From a virus, in IMG/VR virus record IMGVR_UViG_3300032334_002236, positions 1 to 64,000 of that record: a DNA stretch of 64,000 nucleotides; one strand, written 5' to 3'. Numbering within the stretch: position 1 is the stretch's first letter; each line of letters starts with the position of its first letter. Below the pieces are notes generated by a model that was given only the letters and a program-made list of their open reading frames with translations, was not told the DNA's origin and did not search any database. The position numbers were made by a program, and so were the translations under genes. Shown here piece after piece: positions 7,675-15,186 of the stretch.

Positions 7675-8517
7675 GTGTTCGGAAAAAATGAAATCGTAGG
7701 ACAGAAATACTTCAACGATGCTGCTGAAGATCAGCTATTCGTCACTAGCATCTTCTATACACTACAGGGCGAAGGTCCTTATCGTGGTGAACCTGCTGTA
7801 TTCCTCAGACTAGCCAAATGCAATCTGGCTTGCAGTTTCTGTGACACCTACTTCGACGGTGGTGATTGGCTTACGTTCGATGATGTGTATGATCGCATCA
7901 TGGCGGCTGCTGTCAAATACTTTGGTGGCGAGGTACCTGGATGGTTCGACCAAAAGGTGGGATTAGTAATCACAGGTGGTGAACCCATGCTGCAAAAGAA
8001 TCTGGGTGTATTCTTGGAAAAAGTCAAGAACCTGTTTGCCTGGACACAGATTGAAAGCAATGGCACCGTATGGCAGGATATTCCAGCAGAGACTACACTG
8101 GTATGCAGTCCCAAGTGTTCAGAGAAGAACGGGCAACCTGTTAAGTATCTGAAGCCCAATAAAGATGTGATGGATCGTGCAGATTGTCTCAAGTTTGTCA
8201 TGAACGCTGACACTGACAGTCCTTACAGTGAAATCCCAGATTGGGCACATGAGTATGCGGCTGCTGGCAAGAAAGTGTTTATCAGTCCCATGAACATCTA
8301 TAACCACGAGCCACAGAAGAGCAAGCAGATGCGTAGTACCAAGAACGATATCACTATGGAAGAACGCAGTGCAGTTGATGAGGTCATCAGCTTCTGGGAA
8401 GAAGGGTTGTTGAACATGCCCGAGAACCAGAAGAACCACGAGTATGCTGCCCAGTATTGTGCTCGTAACGGATTTGTACTCAACTTGCAGATCCACTTGT
8501 ATGCGAGCCTTGCATGA
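7675..8517 (+). CDS. queE: 7-carboxy-7-deazaguanine synthase (radical SAM)
   Basis: IFYTLQGEG, VFLRLAKCNLACSFCDT (CxxxCxxC), VITGGEPMLQ, IESNG, CSPK, LNLQIH. Confidence 0.92.
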   Translation: MFGKNEIVGQKYFNDAAEDQLFVTSIFYTLQGEGPYRGEPAVFLRLAKCNLACSFCDTYFDGGDWLTFDDVYDRIMAAAVKYFGGEVPGWFDQKVGLVITGGEPMLQKNLGVFLEKVKNLFAWTQIESNGTVWQDIPAETTLVCSPKCSEKNGQPVKYLKPNKDVMDRADCLKFVMNADTDSPYSEIPDWAHEYAAAGKKVFISPMNIYNHEPQKSKQMRSTKNDITMEERSAVDEVISFWEEGLLNMPENQKNHEYAAQYCARNGFVLNLQIHLYASLA

Positions 8518-8741
8518 TCGATGATGACTATGACATCGAAATAACCGTGGAAGAAGCGGAATTCCTGACCCTGAGGTATCTGTATCAACAGAAGCTTCAG
8601 GGCAGGGATGCCATTCCTCGAGCAGAAGTCATGGAATATCTGGGCGTGAAATATGACCAAGAAGATGAAGAAAACATGCTAAAGATCAATGACGACGGCA
8701 TTATCCAATTGAAATCATTGGAAAGGCGTTATCTTAATTAG
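8514..8741 (+). CDS. hypothetical acidic protein
   Basis: 75-aa ORF with ATGA overlap with queE. Confidence 0.65.
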   Translation: MIDDDYDIEITVEEAEFLTLRYLYQQKLQGRDAIPRAEVMEYLGVKYDQEDEENMLKINDDGIIQLKSLERRYLN

Positions 8742-8744
8742 CTG

Positions 8745-8772
8745 TTGACAAAAGCGATAAATATCGTATACT
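8745..8772 (+). promoter_or_regulatory. sigma70-type promoter TTGACA-N16-TATACT
   Basis: TTGACA at 8745-50 and TATACT at 8767-72; RBS AGGAGG follows. Confidence 0.7.
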
Positions 8773-8797
8773 GATAATAGGCCAGGAGGGTCATGTC

Positions 8798-9142
8798 ATG
8801 CGTAAACTAGCAGTAGCAATAGCAATCGTCGGGGTTCTAGCATCCAGCACAGTACCAGCTGATGCACAACAACACAATCGCCATCACGGTGGCGGCGGTC
8901 ATCATCATCGCGGTGGTGGCAGTGGATGGGTTGCTCCTGTATTGGGAGGCATGCTGCTAGGCGGAGCAATATATGGTTTATCCCAACAACCCACATATGC
9001 TGCACCTGGGGTATACATAAACCCACAGTTTCGTGAACCCCGCCCTCAATACCGCAGAGAGTGCCAATATGTGCCATCATACGATGTATATGGCAATTAT
9101 TATGGCGAGCGCCTGGAATGCTTCAACGTACCCAACTACTGA
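8798..9142 (+). CDS. small exported Gly/His-rich protein with signal peptide
   Basis: MRKLAVAIAIVGVLASSTVPADA signal peptide, HHGGGGHHHRGGG, hydrophobic glycine-zipper-like GGMLLGGAI, and a C-terminal Cys pair. Confidence 0.7.
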   Translation: MRKLAVAIAIVGVLASSTVPADAQQHNRHHGGGGHHHRGGGSGWVAPVLGGMLLGGAIYGLSQQPTYAAPGVYINPQFREPRPQYRRECQYVPSYDVYGNYYGERLECFNVPNY

Positions 9143-9149
9143 GGATCAA

Positions 9150-9572
9150 ATGAGTTTTTTCGATCGATTATTTGGCAGCAGGAAGGAACTAAAGATTCCT
9201 GAACAGCCCATGTTTACTTCAACCACGGTTACTGAAACTAAGATCTCTAAACCTCGTAAACCCAGGGCCAAGAAACCCCAGCCTGAACCAGTGGTGGAAA
9301 AACCTGTCCAGCCTGAGGTCAAAGTGATCAAGATGGATTTCGATCCTACTGATCCCAGGCAGGGTAGCATGGAATTGGAATGGAATGACCAATTCATACA
9401 ATTATTGCGCCAACATGGCTATACTGGTGACAGCGAAGAAGCTTTGATAGATGCCTGGTTGAATGACATCTGTCGCAACATCATAGGACAACCTGCTGTG
9501 GGCACTGTGCCAGAATACAGCAGATTCGTTCGTCGCCAGGACCTGGGTGACGGTAAAACAGAAGTAAGTTGA
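9150..9572 (+). CDS. hypothetical protein
   Basis: ATG 9150 follows GAGGA (MSFFDRLFG...); C-terminal ELEWNDQFI..L...GY.G.SEE..ID.W. Confidence 0.75.
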   Translation: MSFFDRLFGSRKELKIPEQPMFTSTTVTETKISKPRKPRAKKPQPEPVVEKPVQPEVKVIKMDFDPTDPRQGSMELEWNDQFIQLLRQHGYTGDSEEALIDAWLNDICRNIIGQPAVGTVPEYSRFVRRQDLGDGKTEVS

Positions 9573-9596
9573 CATCTTTCCTGAAAGTGTTATAAT
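9569..9596 (+). promoter_or_regulatory. sigma70-type promoter TTGACA-N16-TATAAT with extended -10, 6 nt before the ATG
   Basis: TTGACA at 9569-74, TGtTATAAT at 9588-96, ATG at 9603 with no SD. Confidence 0.75.
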
Positions 9597-9602
9597 CATA
9601 TC

Positions 9603-10625
9603 ATGAAATATCTTCTGGTTGACACAGCTAATCTTTTCAGTCGTGCGCGGCACAGTACCCCCCGTGGTGCTGATACCTGGAGCAAACTAGGCCTGGCCTT
9701 GCACATCACTTTCAACGGTATCCTTAAAGCTGACAGGTTGCACAAGCCTGATCATGTGATCTTCTGTCTGGAAGCTCGCAGTTGGCGCAAGGATCATACT
9801 GGCTCATATAAAGCCAATCGCAAAGTAACTCGCGATAAGATGAATACCAAGGAGGCTGAAGAAGATGCAGAGTTTTGGGCTTGCTTTGATGATCTCAGTA
9901 AGTGGCTTAATGAGCGTACCAACGCTACTGTCATTCGTGTGGAACGAGCTGAAGCAGACGATCTTATTGCCCGATGGATTGCACTACATCCAGAAGATCA
10001 GCACACAATCCTTAGCAATGACAGTGACTTCATGCAGCTATTGGCACCAAATGTGGACATCTATAATGGTCTGACCAATCAGCTGATTAACCTCAACGGC
10101 TACTTTGACGATTGGGGCAAGCCTGTAAAGGATAAGAAGACCAAAGAAGTCAAGACAGTACCTGATCCTGAATGGTTGCTGTTTGAGAAGTGCATGCGTG
10201 GTGACACCAGCGACAATGTGTTTAGTGCTTATCCAGGTGTACGTACCAAAGGCACAGCCAAGAAGGTTGGTCTGTTGGAGGCCTTTGCTGACCGTGATAG
10301 CAAAGGTTGGAATTGGAATAACATGATGTTGCAAAAATGGATTGACCATAATGGAGTGGAACATCGTGTGCTAGATCGCTACATGGCTAATCGTGAACTT
10401 ATTGATCTGACTGCCCATCCTGCAGAAATACGTGAGCATATCGATGCACACCTGATGCAGGTTACTAGTAAAGATCATTCCCAGATTGGCACCCAACTGA
10501 TCAAGTTCTGCAGCAAATATGAGCTGGTCAAATTGAGCGAAAACGTGAAACCTCTTGCAGAGATACTCAGCAAGAGTTTGCCTGATTTGCACAAGCACCA
10601 AGAAAAGGATGTGAACAACACATGA
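9603..10625 (+). CDS. rnh: T4 RNase H-like 5'-3' exonuclease (FEN/PIN fold)
   Basis: YLLVD, SWRK...YKANR, EADDLIA, SNDSDFMQL, GDTSDNV..PGV. Confidence 0.9.
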   Translation: MKYLLVDTANLFSRARHSTPRGADTWSKLGLALHITFNGILKADRLHKPDHVIFCLEARSWRKDHTGSYKANRKVTRDKMNTKEAEEDAEFWACFDDLSKWLNERTNATVIRVERAEADDLIARWIALHPEDQHTILSNDSDFMQLLAPNVDIYNGLTNQLINLNGYFDDWGKPVKDKKTKEVKTVPDPEWLLFEKCMRGDTSDNVFSAYPGVRTKGTAKKVGLLEAFADRDSKGWNWNNMMLQKWIDHNGVEHRVLDRYMANRELIDLTAHPAEIREHIDAHLMQVTSKDHSQIGTQLIKFCSKYELVKLSENVKPLAEILSKSLPDLHKHQEKDVNNT

Positions 10626-11104
10626 CTATCAAGATCAAACCCATCGTGGAGAATAAATTCTGGATCATCGAGAATGCCCACGGTGAACGCATAGGTACCT
10701 GTGCAGCTAACAAGGATAAGATCAGTTATCGTGTGGGTAACACCAGCGAGGATTTTCCCAGTTTCAGTGACATGGTCAAGGAAAAAAAGGTGGAAGTCAG
10801 TCGCAGATATACCACTCCTAAAACTGCTGATGTATCGCTAGATAAGACTGTTTATGGTTATCCCACCAATCACATACCACATAACCAGATCTGGAATGTA
10901 CAGATGCGGTTGCCCTTGTATACCAAGACAGCCAAGAGCAGCAGCTACCATTGTGCTGGTTATTACATCATCAAGTTCGATCGTACCTGGTGCAAGAGTT
11001 ATACACCCAAACTGATAACCCTACAGCGTTACCCATACCAGGGTCCGTTTGCAGATAAGACAGGACAAACCACAGCATTGAGGACAGCACTTGAGACAAC
11101 CTAG
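10622..11104 (+). CDS. conserved-looking phage hypothetical protein
   Basis: 160-aa ORF with ATGA overlap; PLYTK..KS.S..CAGYY motif. Confidence 0.75.
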   Translation: MTIKIKPIVENKFWIIENAHGERIGTCAANKDKISYRVGNTSEDFPSFSDMVKEKKVEVSRRYTTPKTADVSLDKTVYGYPTNHIPHNQIWNVQMRLPLYTKTAKSSSYHCAGYYIIKFDRTWCKSYTPKLITLQRYPYQGPFADKTGQTTALRTALETT

Positions 11105-11312
11105 CACACATCATCTGAGGAAATTCATCGATCTGGCTCGCACTGCCACTGGGCCAGGAAATCGCAACGTGGATAATGAATTGATCCGCGGTGTCCGTGA
11201 TGAACTGATGGAACATATGCTATACAGCACAGAATTGCAAAGGCTGCTGGATAGTTGCAAACAGGACCAGGCATCAGCTGTGACGGTGCAGATCCAAGCT
11301 GAAGATTTCTAA
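11091..11312 (+). CDS. hypothetical protein
   Basis: 73-aa ORF filling the gap; TTG start after GAGGA. Confidence 0.55.
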   Translation: MRQPSTHHLRKFIDLARTATGPGNRNVDNELIRGVRDELMEHMLYSTELQRLLDSCKQDQASAVTVQIQAEDF

Positions 11313-11329
11313 TATGTACATATTAACTA

Positions 11330-11337
11330 TATAAATA
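11330..11337 (+). promoter_or_regulatory. T4-type late promoter TATAAATA
   Basis: Exact TATAAATA in the AT-rich gap, 20 nt before ATG 11358. Confidence 0.6.
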
Positions 11338-11357
11338 ACTAGTCAACGAAACAGATC

Positions 11358-11660
11358 ATGAGCAGGCCCAAACCACAAGTACTCTTAGAAGTACCTAACC
11401 GAATTACTTATAAAGTAGAACAAGTCTTAGCTAGCGATGGCATATGGGCAGTGTACTACGACAGTAAGCCTATTAATCTTAAAACCAGCAGTTTACTGGC
11501 ACAATACCCTGGTCCCAAATATCGCAAGACCAGTTTTTCCAATCCTGGCCATGCTATCAATCTCTGCAAGAAACTCAACAATCAGTTCAAGACGAACAAA
11601 TTTAGTGTGGTATTGTTGAATGCAGGAAACAACGTATTTCCCGTTAAAACCCAGATCTAA
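11358..11660 (+). CDS. basic hypothetical protein (MSRPKP...)
   Basis: 100-aa ORF downstream of the late promoter; PGPKYRKTSFSNPGHA motif. Confidence 0.8.
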   Translation: MSRPKPQVLLEVPNRITYKVEQVLASDGIWAVYYDSKPINLKTSSLLAQYPGPKYRKTSFSNPGHAINLCKKLNNQFKTNKFSVVLLNAGNNVFPVKTQI

Positions 11661-12003
11661 ATTGGAATGGACCAGGGAAATATTGTTCCATTATGGCAAT
11701 AACCCCCACATGAACATCACCCGCGACAGCCTATTGATGTTCTGGTACAGTCCTGATCCAGAATCAGGAATGAGATTGACCAGCCTGGGATTGCAGGTAT
11801 TACAGAATACTGAATATAACATATACCATCATGCCCTGGATGCTGATAAGATGAGCAATAAGATACTAGTATTGATGGATCGCAAACACAAATGGCCCTG
11901 GTTTTGGCACAGGAACCAGCTGAAATTAACAGACCAACACCTGAGCGTGTTATTGGAACTCAGCGGTGGTGATCTGGATCATGCCATGAATTCCAGCACT
12001 TGA
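11620..12003 (+). CDS. hypothetical protein
   Basis: 127-aa ORF; start uncertain. Confidence 0.6.
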   Translation: MQETTYFPLKPRSKLEWTREILFHYGNNPHMNITRDSLLMFWYSPDPESGMRLTSLGLQVLQNTEYNIYHHALDADKMSNKILVLMDRKHKWPWFWHRNQLKLTDQHLSVLLELSGGDLDHAMNSST

Positions 12004-12027
12004 CATATTTTAGATCTGTAGTATATT
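12000..12027 (+). promoter_or_regulatory. sigma70-type promoter TTGACA-N16-TATATT
   Basis: TTGACA at 12000-05 and TATATT at 12022-27; RBS GGGAGA then ATG 12051. Confidence 0.6.
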
Positions 12028-12050
12028 GGTCAGGTATCAGGGAGAAAGAT

Positions 12051-12692
12051 ATGGAACATGATCTGAAGATGGTGTTGACTGCTGCTGTAGCAGCACAACG
12101 AATCAATGGCACTTATATACGTCGTGACCAAGGCACAGCAAAATCGCCAGCAAATAGCAACCTGATGTTCCAATTATTGGCACCAGACTCTGAAGAGACT
12201 TACAAGATCTTGCCAGAGGACATCCAGCAGAGCCAGCTGATCATGGAATATCTCAGCCATAAACTCATGGATCTGGTAGCTGGTGATCTGGAAGATTACT
12301 GGAAGAATGCCGTGATGTTGCTGGGACTGGAAAACATCAAGACCACGGATTTCAAAAAATTAGGATTGATAGCTAGCATCCCCACCAGTTATAACAATGC
12401 AGTGGCACGTGACAGCCTGCAAGACCATATGCGCCAATTAGCTGAGACCAGCCGCCATTTTGGTACCGTAGGTGATGCATTTGGTCGCCAGAATGTGGCT
12501 ATCCTGGGTAGTGTATACAGCCGCACCTACAACAAACATTATCATACTGCCATCACCCAGGAAAATAACATGATCCGGTTCCCTGCTAGCGAGAAGCAAG
12601 AAAATGATAGTATAGTGACCATCAGCGGCAAGATCCACAAGCATGGTGACAATAACACTACTGTGCTTCATTACGTGAAAATGCACAAATAA
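12051..12692 (+). CDS. hypothetical protein, possible C-terminal OB-fold
   Basis: ATG 12051 follows GGGAGA; C-terminal HFGTVG...ISGKIHKH...TVLHYVK beta pattern. Confidence 0.7.
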   Translation: MEHDLKMVLTAAVAAQRINGTYIRRDQGTAKSPANSNLMFQLLAPDSEETYKILPEDIQQSQLIMEYLSHKLMDLVAGDLEDYWKNAVMLLGLENIKTTDFKKLGLIASIPTSYNNAVARDSLQDHMRQLAETSRHFGTVGDAFGRQNVAILGSVYSRTYNKHYHTAITQENNMIRFPASEKQENDSIVTISGKIHKHGDNNTTVLHYVKMHK

Positions 12693-12695
12693 GTG

Positions 12696-12723
12696 TTGAC
12701 AAAAATCTGATACAGTCTATACT
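12696..12723 (+). promoter_or_regulatory. sigma70-type promoter TTGACA-N16-TATACT
   Basis: TTGACA at 12696-701 and TATACT at 12718-23, upstream of the AAA ATPase. Confidence 0.7.
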
Positions 12724-12757
12724 GAACATATAGCTAATTTGATGATGGAGAGAAAAA

Positions 12758-13915
12758 ATGGCTAAGAATACAGATTCTGCTTTAACCGAATCCCGCACAG
12801 TAACTATCGAAGCCGCACGTCGCGAAATCGAGATCTGTGCTCGTCTCAAACGCCCTGTGTTTTTGTGGGGACCCCCAGGTATCGGCAAGAGCGAACTCAT
12901 TGCCCAGATCACAGAATCCCTGGGTGGCAAGATGTATGACTTGCGACTGGCTCTCATGGATCCTTCAGATCTCAAGGGTGTGCTTTTCTACAACCCAGCA
13001 GTGGGCAATGCCATGTGGAATGCTCCACCTGATCTGCCTAGCAAAGCTGAAGCTGCTGAATATCCAATGACAGTGTTGTTTTTGGATGAAATGAATTCAG
13101 CTGCTCCTGCTACACAAGCTGCTGCATATCAGCTGGTGCTTAACCGTAAGATCGGCACATATGAGCTGCCAGATAACTGCGTGATCGTTGCCGCAGGTAA
13201 CCGCGACACCGACCGCGGCGTCACATACCGCATGCCCAAGCCGCTGGCCAACCGTTTTGTCCATTTGCAGTTGCGTGTGGATTTCGAGAGCTGGCAAAAC
13301 TGGGCTATCGATAATCATATCCACCCTGATGTGTTAGCTTACATCACCTGCAACAAAGGCGATCTGTTCCAGTTCGATCCTGCTAGCCACAGCGTCAGTT
13401 TTGCTACCCCACGTAGCTGGGTTTTTGTCAGCCAGTTGTTGAGCGAAAATCCCAACGAGACTGAACTCAACGATCTGGTTGCAGGCACAGTGGGCGAAGG
13501 CATCGGTCTCAAATTCGGCGCCCATCGTCGTGTTGCTGCTCAGATGCCCAACCCCAGCCATATCTTGCAGGGTAAGATCAATGAACTCAAGAACAAAGAT
13601 CTGGGTGCCAAATACTCTCTTACTATCAGCCTGTGCTATGAACTTAAAGCCAGCTACGATAACCGTGGTGGCGGCAAGGACAAGAACGGCAACGAGCGTA
13701 TGAAAGAATCAGAAATGAATCTGTGGCACAAAGAAATCGATAATGTGTTGCGCTTCATCTTGGATCACATGGATACCGAATTGCAGGTCATGTTTGTCAG
13801 CATGATCATGAAAAATTACCAACTGCCAATGCGGACCAGCAAGCTGAGCAACTACAGCGAGTTCCACAATAGGAATGGTAACTATATCATCGAAGCTCTT
13901 CGTCCATCTAGCTGA
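12758..13915 (+). CDS. MoxR-family AAA+ ATPase
   Basis: Walker A GPPGIGKS, Walker B LFLDEMN, AAGN, PLANRF, TPRSW. Confidence 0.9.
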   Translation: MAKNTDSALTESRTVTIEAARREIEICARLKRPVFLWGPPGIGKSELIAQITESLGGKMYDLRLALMDPSDLKGVLFYNPAVGNAMWNAPPDLPSKAEAAEYPMTVLFLDEMNSAAPATQAAAYQLVLNRKIGTYELPDNCVIVAAGNRDTDRGVTYRMPKPLANRFVHLQLRVDFESWQNWAIDNHIHPDVLAYITCNKGDLFQFDPASHSVSFATPRSWVFVSQLLSENPNETELNDLVAGTVGEGIGLKFGAHRRVAAQMPNPSHILQGKINELKNKDLGAKYSLTISLCYELKASYDNRGGGKDKNGNERMKESEMNLWHKEIDNVLRFILDHMDTELQVMFVSMIMKNYQLPMRTSKLSNYSEFHNRNGNYIIEALRPSS

Positions 13916-13919
13916 TAAC

Positions 13920-14032
13920 TGATAGGGCCCATGCTCCATCATCATAGATGGGCCCTATCACTAGCGGAAAGATCTCAGTGCGGGTGAGATCATACAGATG
14001 AGCGGGCTAGGGGGCTGCATCTGTACATTTTT
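13920..14032. terminator. three consecutive stem-loops between convergent genes; the last is followed by a T-run
   Basis: TGATAGGGCCCAT 13920-32 with ATGGGCCCTATCA 13948-60; GATCTCA 13971-77 with TGAGATC 13985-91; TACAGATG 13993-14000 with CATCTGTA 14018-25, then cattttttaa. Confidence 0.65.
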
Positions 14033-15123
14033 TAACTGAATAGCTTGATGGTATCAGTCTGTTGTGGCTGCAAGGCTTTCCTGTAGAAATCCAGGTTGTC
14101 TTGCAGCCTTTTATCGTTGGGATCCAGTTCCACTGCCTTGGCTCCATATTCCAGAGCTTGTTGGAAATCGCCCACATAGTAACTGCTAAGTGCAGCCAGA
14201 TCCAAGGGCTTGGGTCCCCAGCTGACAGGATCGTTGGTGTACAACGTGGTCTTATTGTTGATGAATAATGCCTGTCTGGCAGCATATTGGCACTCTACCC
14301 ATAGCCCCTGCTTGTGGCAGAAATCAGCCAGATCCACCCAGGCATCTCTGCCATGTGGATACACTGCTGACGCTTCACGATATTGCTTGTGAGCTTCTGA
14401 CAACCTGTCCTGCCCTTCCAGGCATTGTGCTAACTTACGACGGATGTAATCCTGCTCGTAGTCAGTGTATCGCTCTGCCCAGCTGAGGCATTTCTTCCAT
14501 GCTTCTTCTGCTTCCACCCAACGCCCATTGAAGTTTAATTCACGGGCATAATAGAAGGCATTGCGCTGGCAGTAGGGATCTTCTTTCACAGCACATTCCA
14601 ACAGTTGCATGTAATTGCCGCGGCTCTTGGTGGGATCTGGATGATGTTTGACCAAAAGCTCTGTGGTGAAGGCATATTTTTCCGGGGCACGTGGATCTGA
14701 TTCCACGTATTCATGGCAAGGGTAATTCCAAACGAAACCAAACCTGGCGTGTATCTTGCTGGTATTGAATATCAGGTTATTGCTCCAGTCATACAGATAG
14801 CTGAGACGGGTGGTATCTGCCTCCCAGGCATCTTCCACTATCTTGCGCCAGCCTGGTGTCATGACTTCATCCAGGTCGATGCTGACACATATGTCCACAT
14901 CTTCCGGAACTAGTCCCAGTGCGATGTTCCTGGCGATGTCGAACCTCCAGGGTTTGACCCTGATGTCGTGTACTATGGCGCCACAATCCCTGGCGGTTTG
15001 GGCGGTGTTGTCTGTGCTTCCAGTGTCACAGATGATGACCATGTCGGCATCTGTACAGCTTTCGCAGAATCTCTTGACGAAATGTTCTTCGTTCTTGCTG
15101 ATGGCGTATACTGCTATTTTCAT
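14032..15123 (-). CDS. GT2 (GT-A) glycosyltransferase with C-terminal TPR repeats
   Basis: IAVYAISKNEE, CDTGSTD, RFDIARN, SIDLDE (DxD), CHE; TPR-like helices (FYYAREL, RDAWVDLA, ALEYGAKAVELDP). Confidence 0.88.
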   Translation of the reverse strand: MKIAVYAISKNEEHFVKRFCESCTDADMVIICDTGSTDNTAQTARDCGAIVHDIRVKPWRFDIARNIALGLVPEDVDICVSIDLDEVMTPGWRKIVEDAWEADTTRLSYLYDWSNNLIFNTSKIHARFGFVWNYPCHEYVESDPRAPEKYAFTTELLVKHHPDPTKSRGNYMQLLECAVKEDPYCQRNAFYYARELNFNGRWVEAEEAWKKCLSWAERYTDYEQDYIRRKLAQCLEGQDRLSEAHKQYREASAVYPHGRDAWVDLADFCHKQGLWVECQYAARQALFINNKTTLYTNDPVSWGPKPLDLAALSSYYVGDFQQALEYGAKAVELDPNDKRLQDNLDFYRKALQPQQTDTIKLFS

Positions 15124-15186
15124 GTGGATATTTAAGTCCAGAAAATCAGCAGGTATGATTTTTTGAATTAAACATCATTGCCAGGT

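Noticed and set aside
2984-12050. ORF-track starts at 2984, 3742, 6310, 9033 and 12000
   Set aside because: They fall inside promoters or upstream genes. Starts at 3011, 3775, 6373, 9150 and 12051 fit RBS or overlap evidence better.
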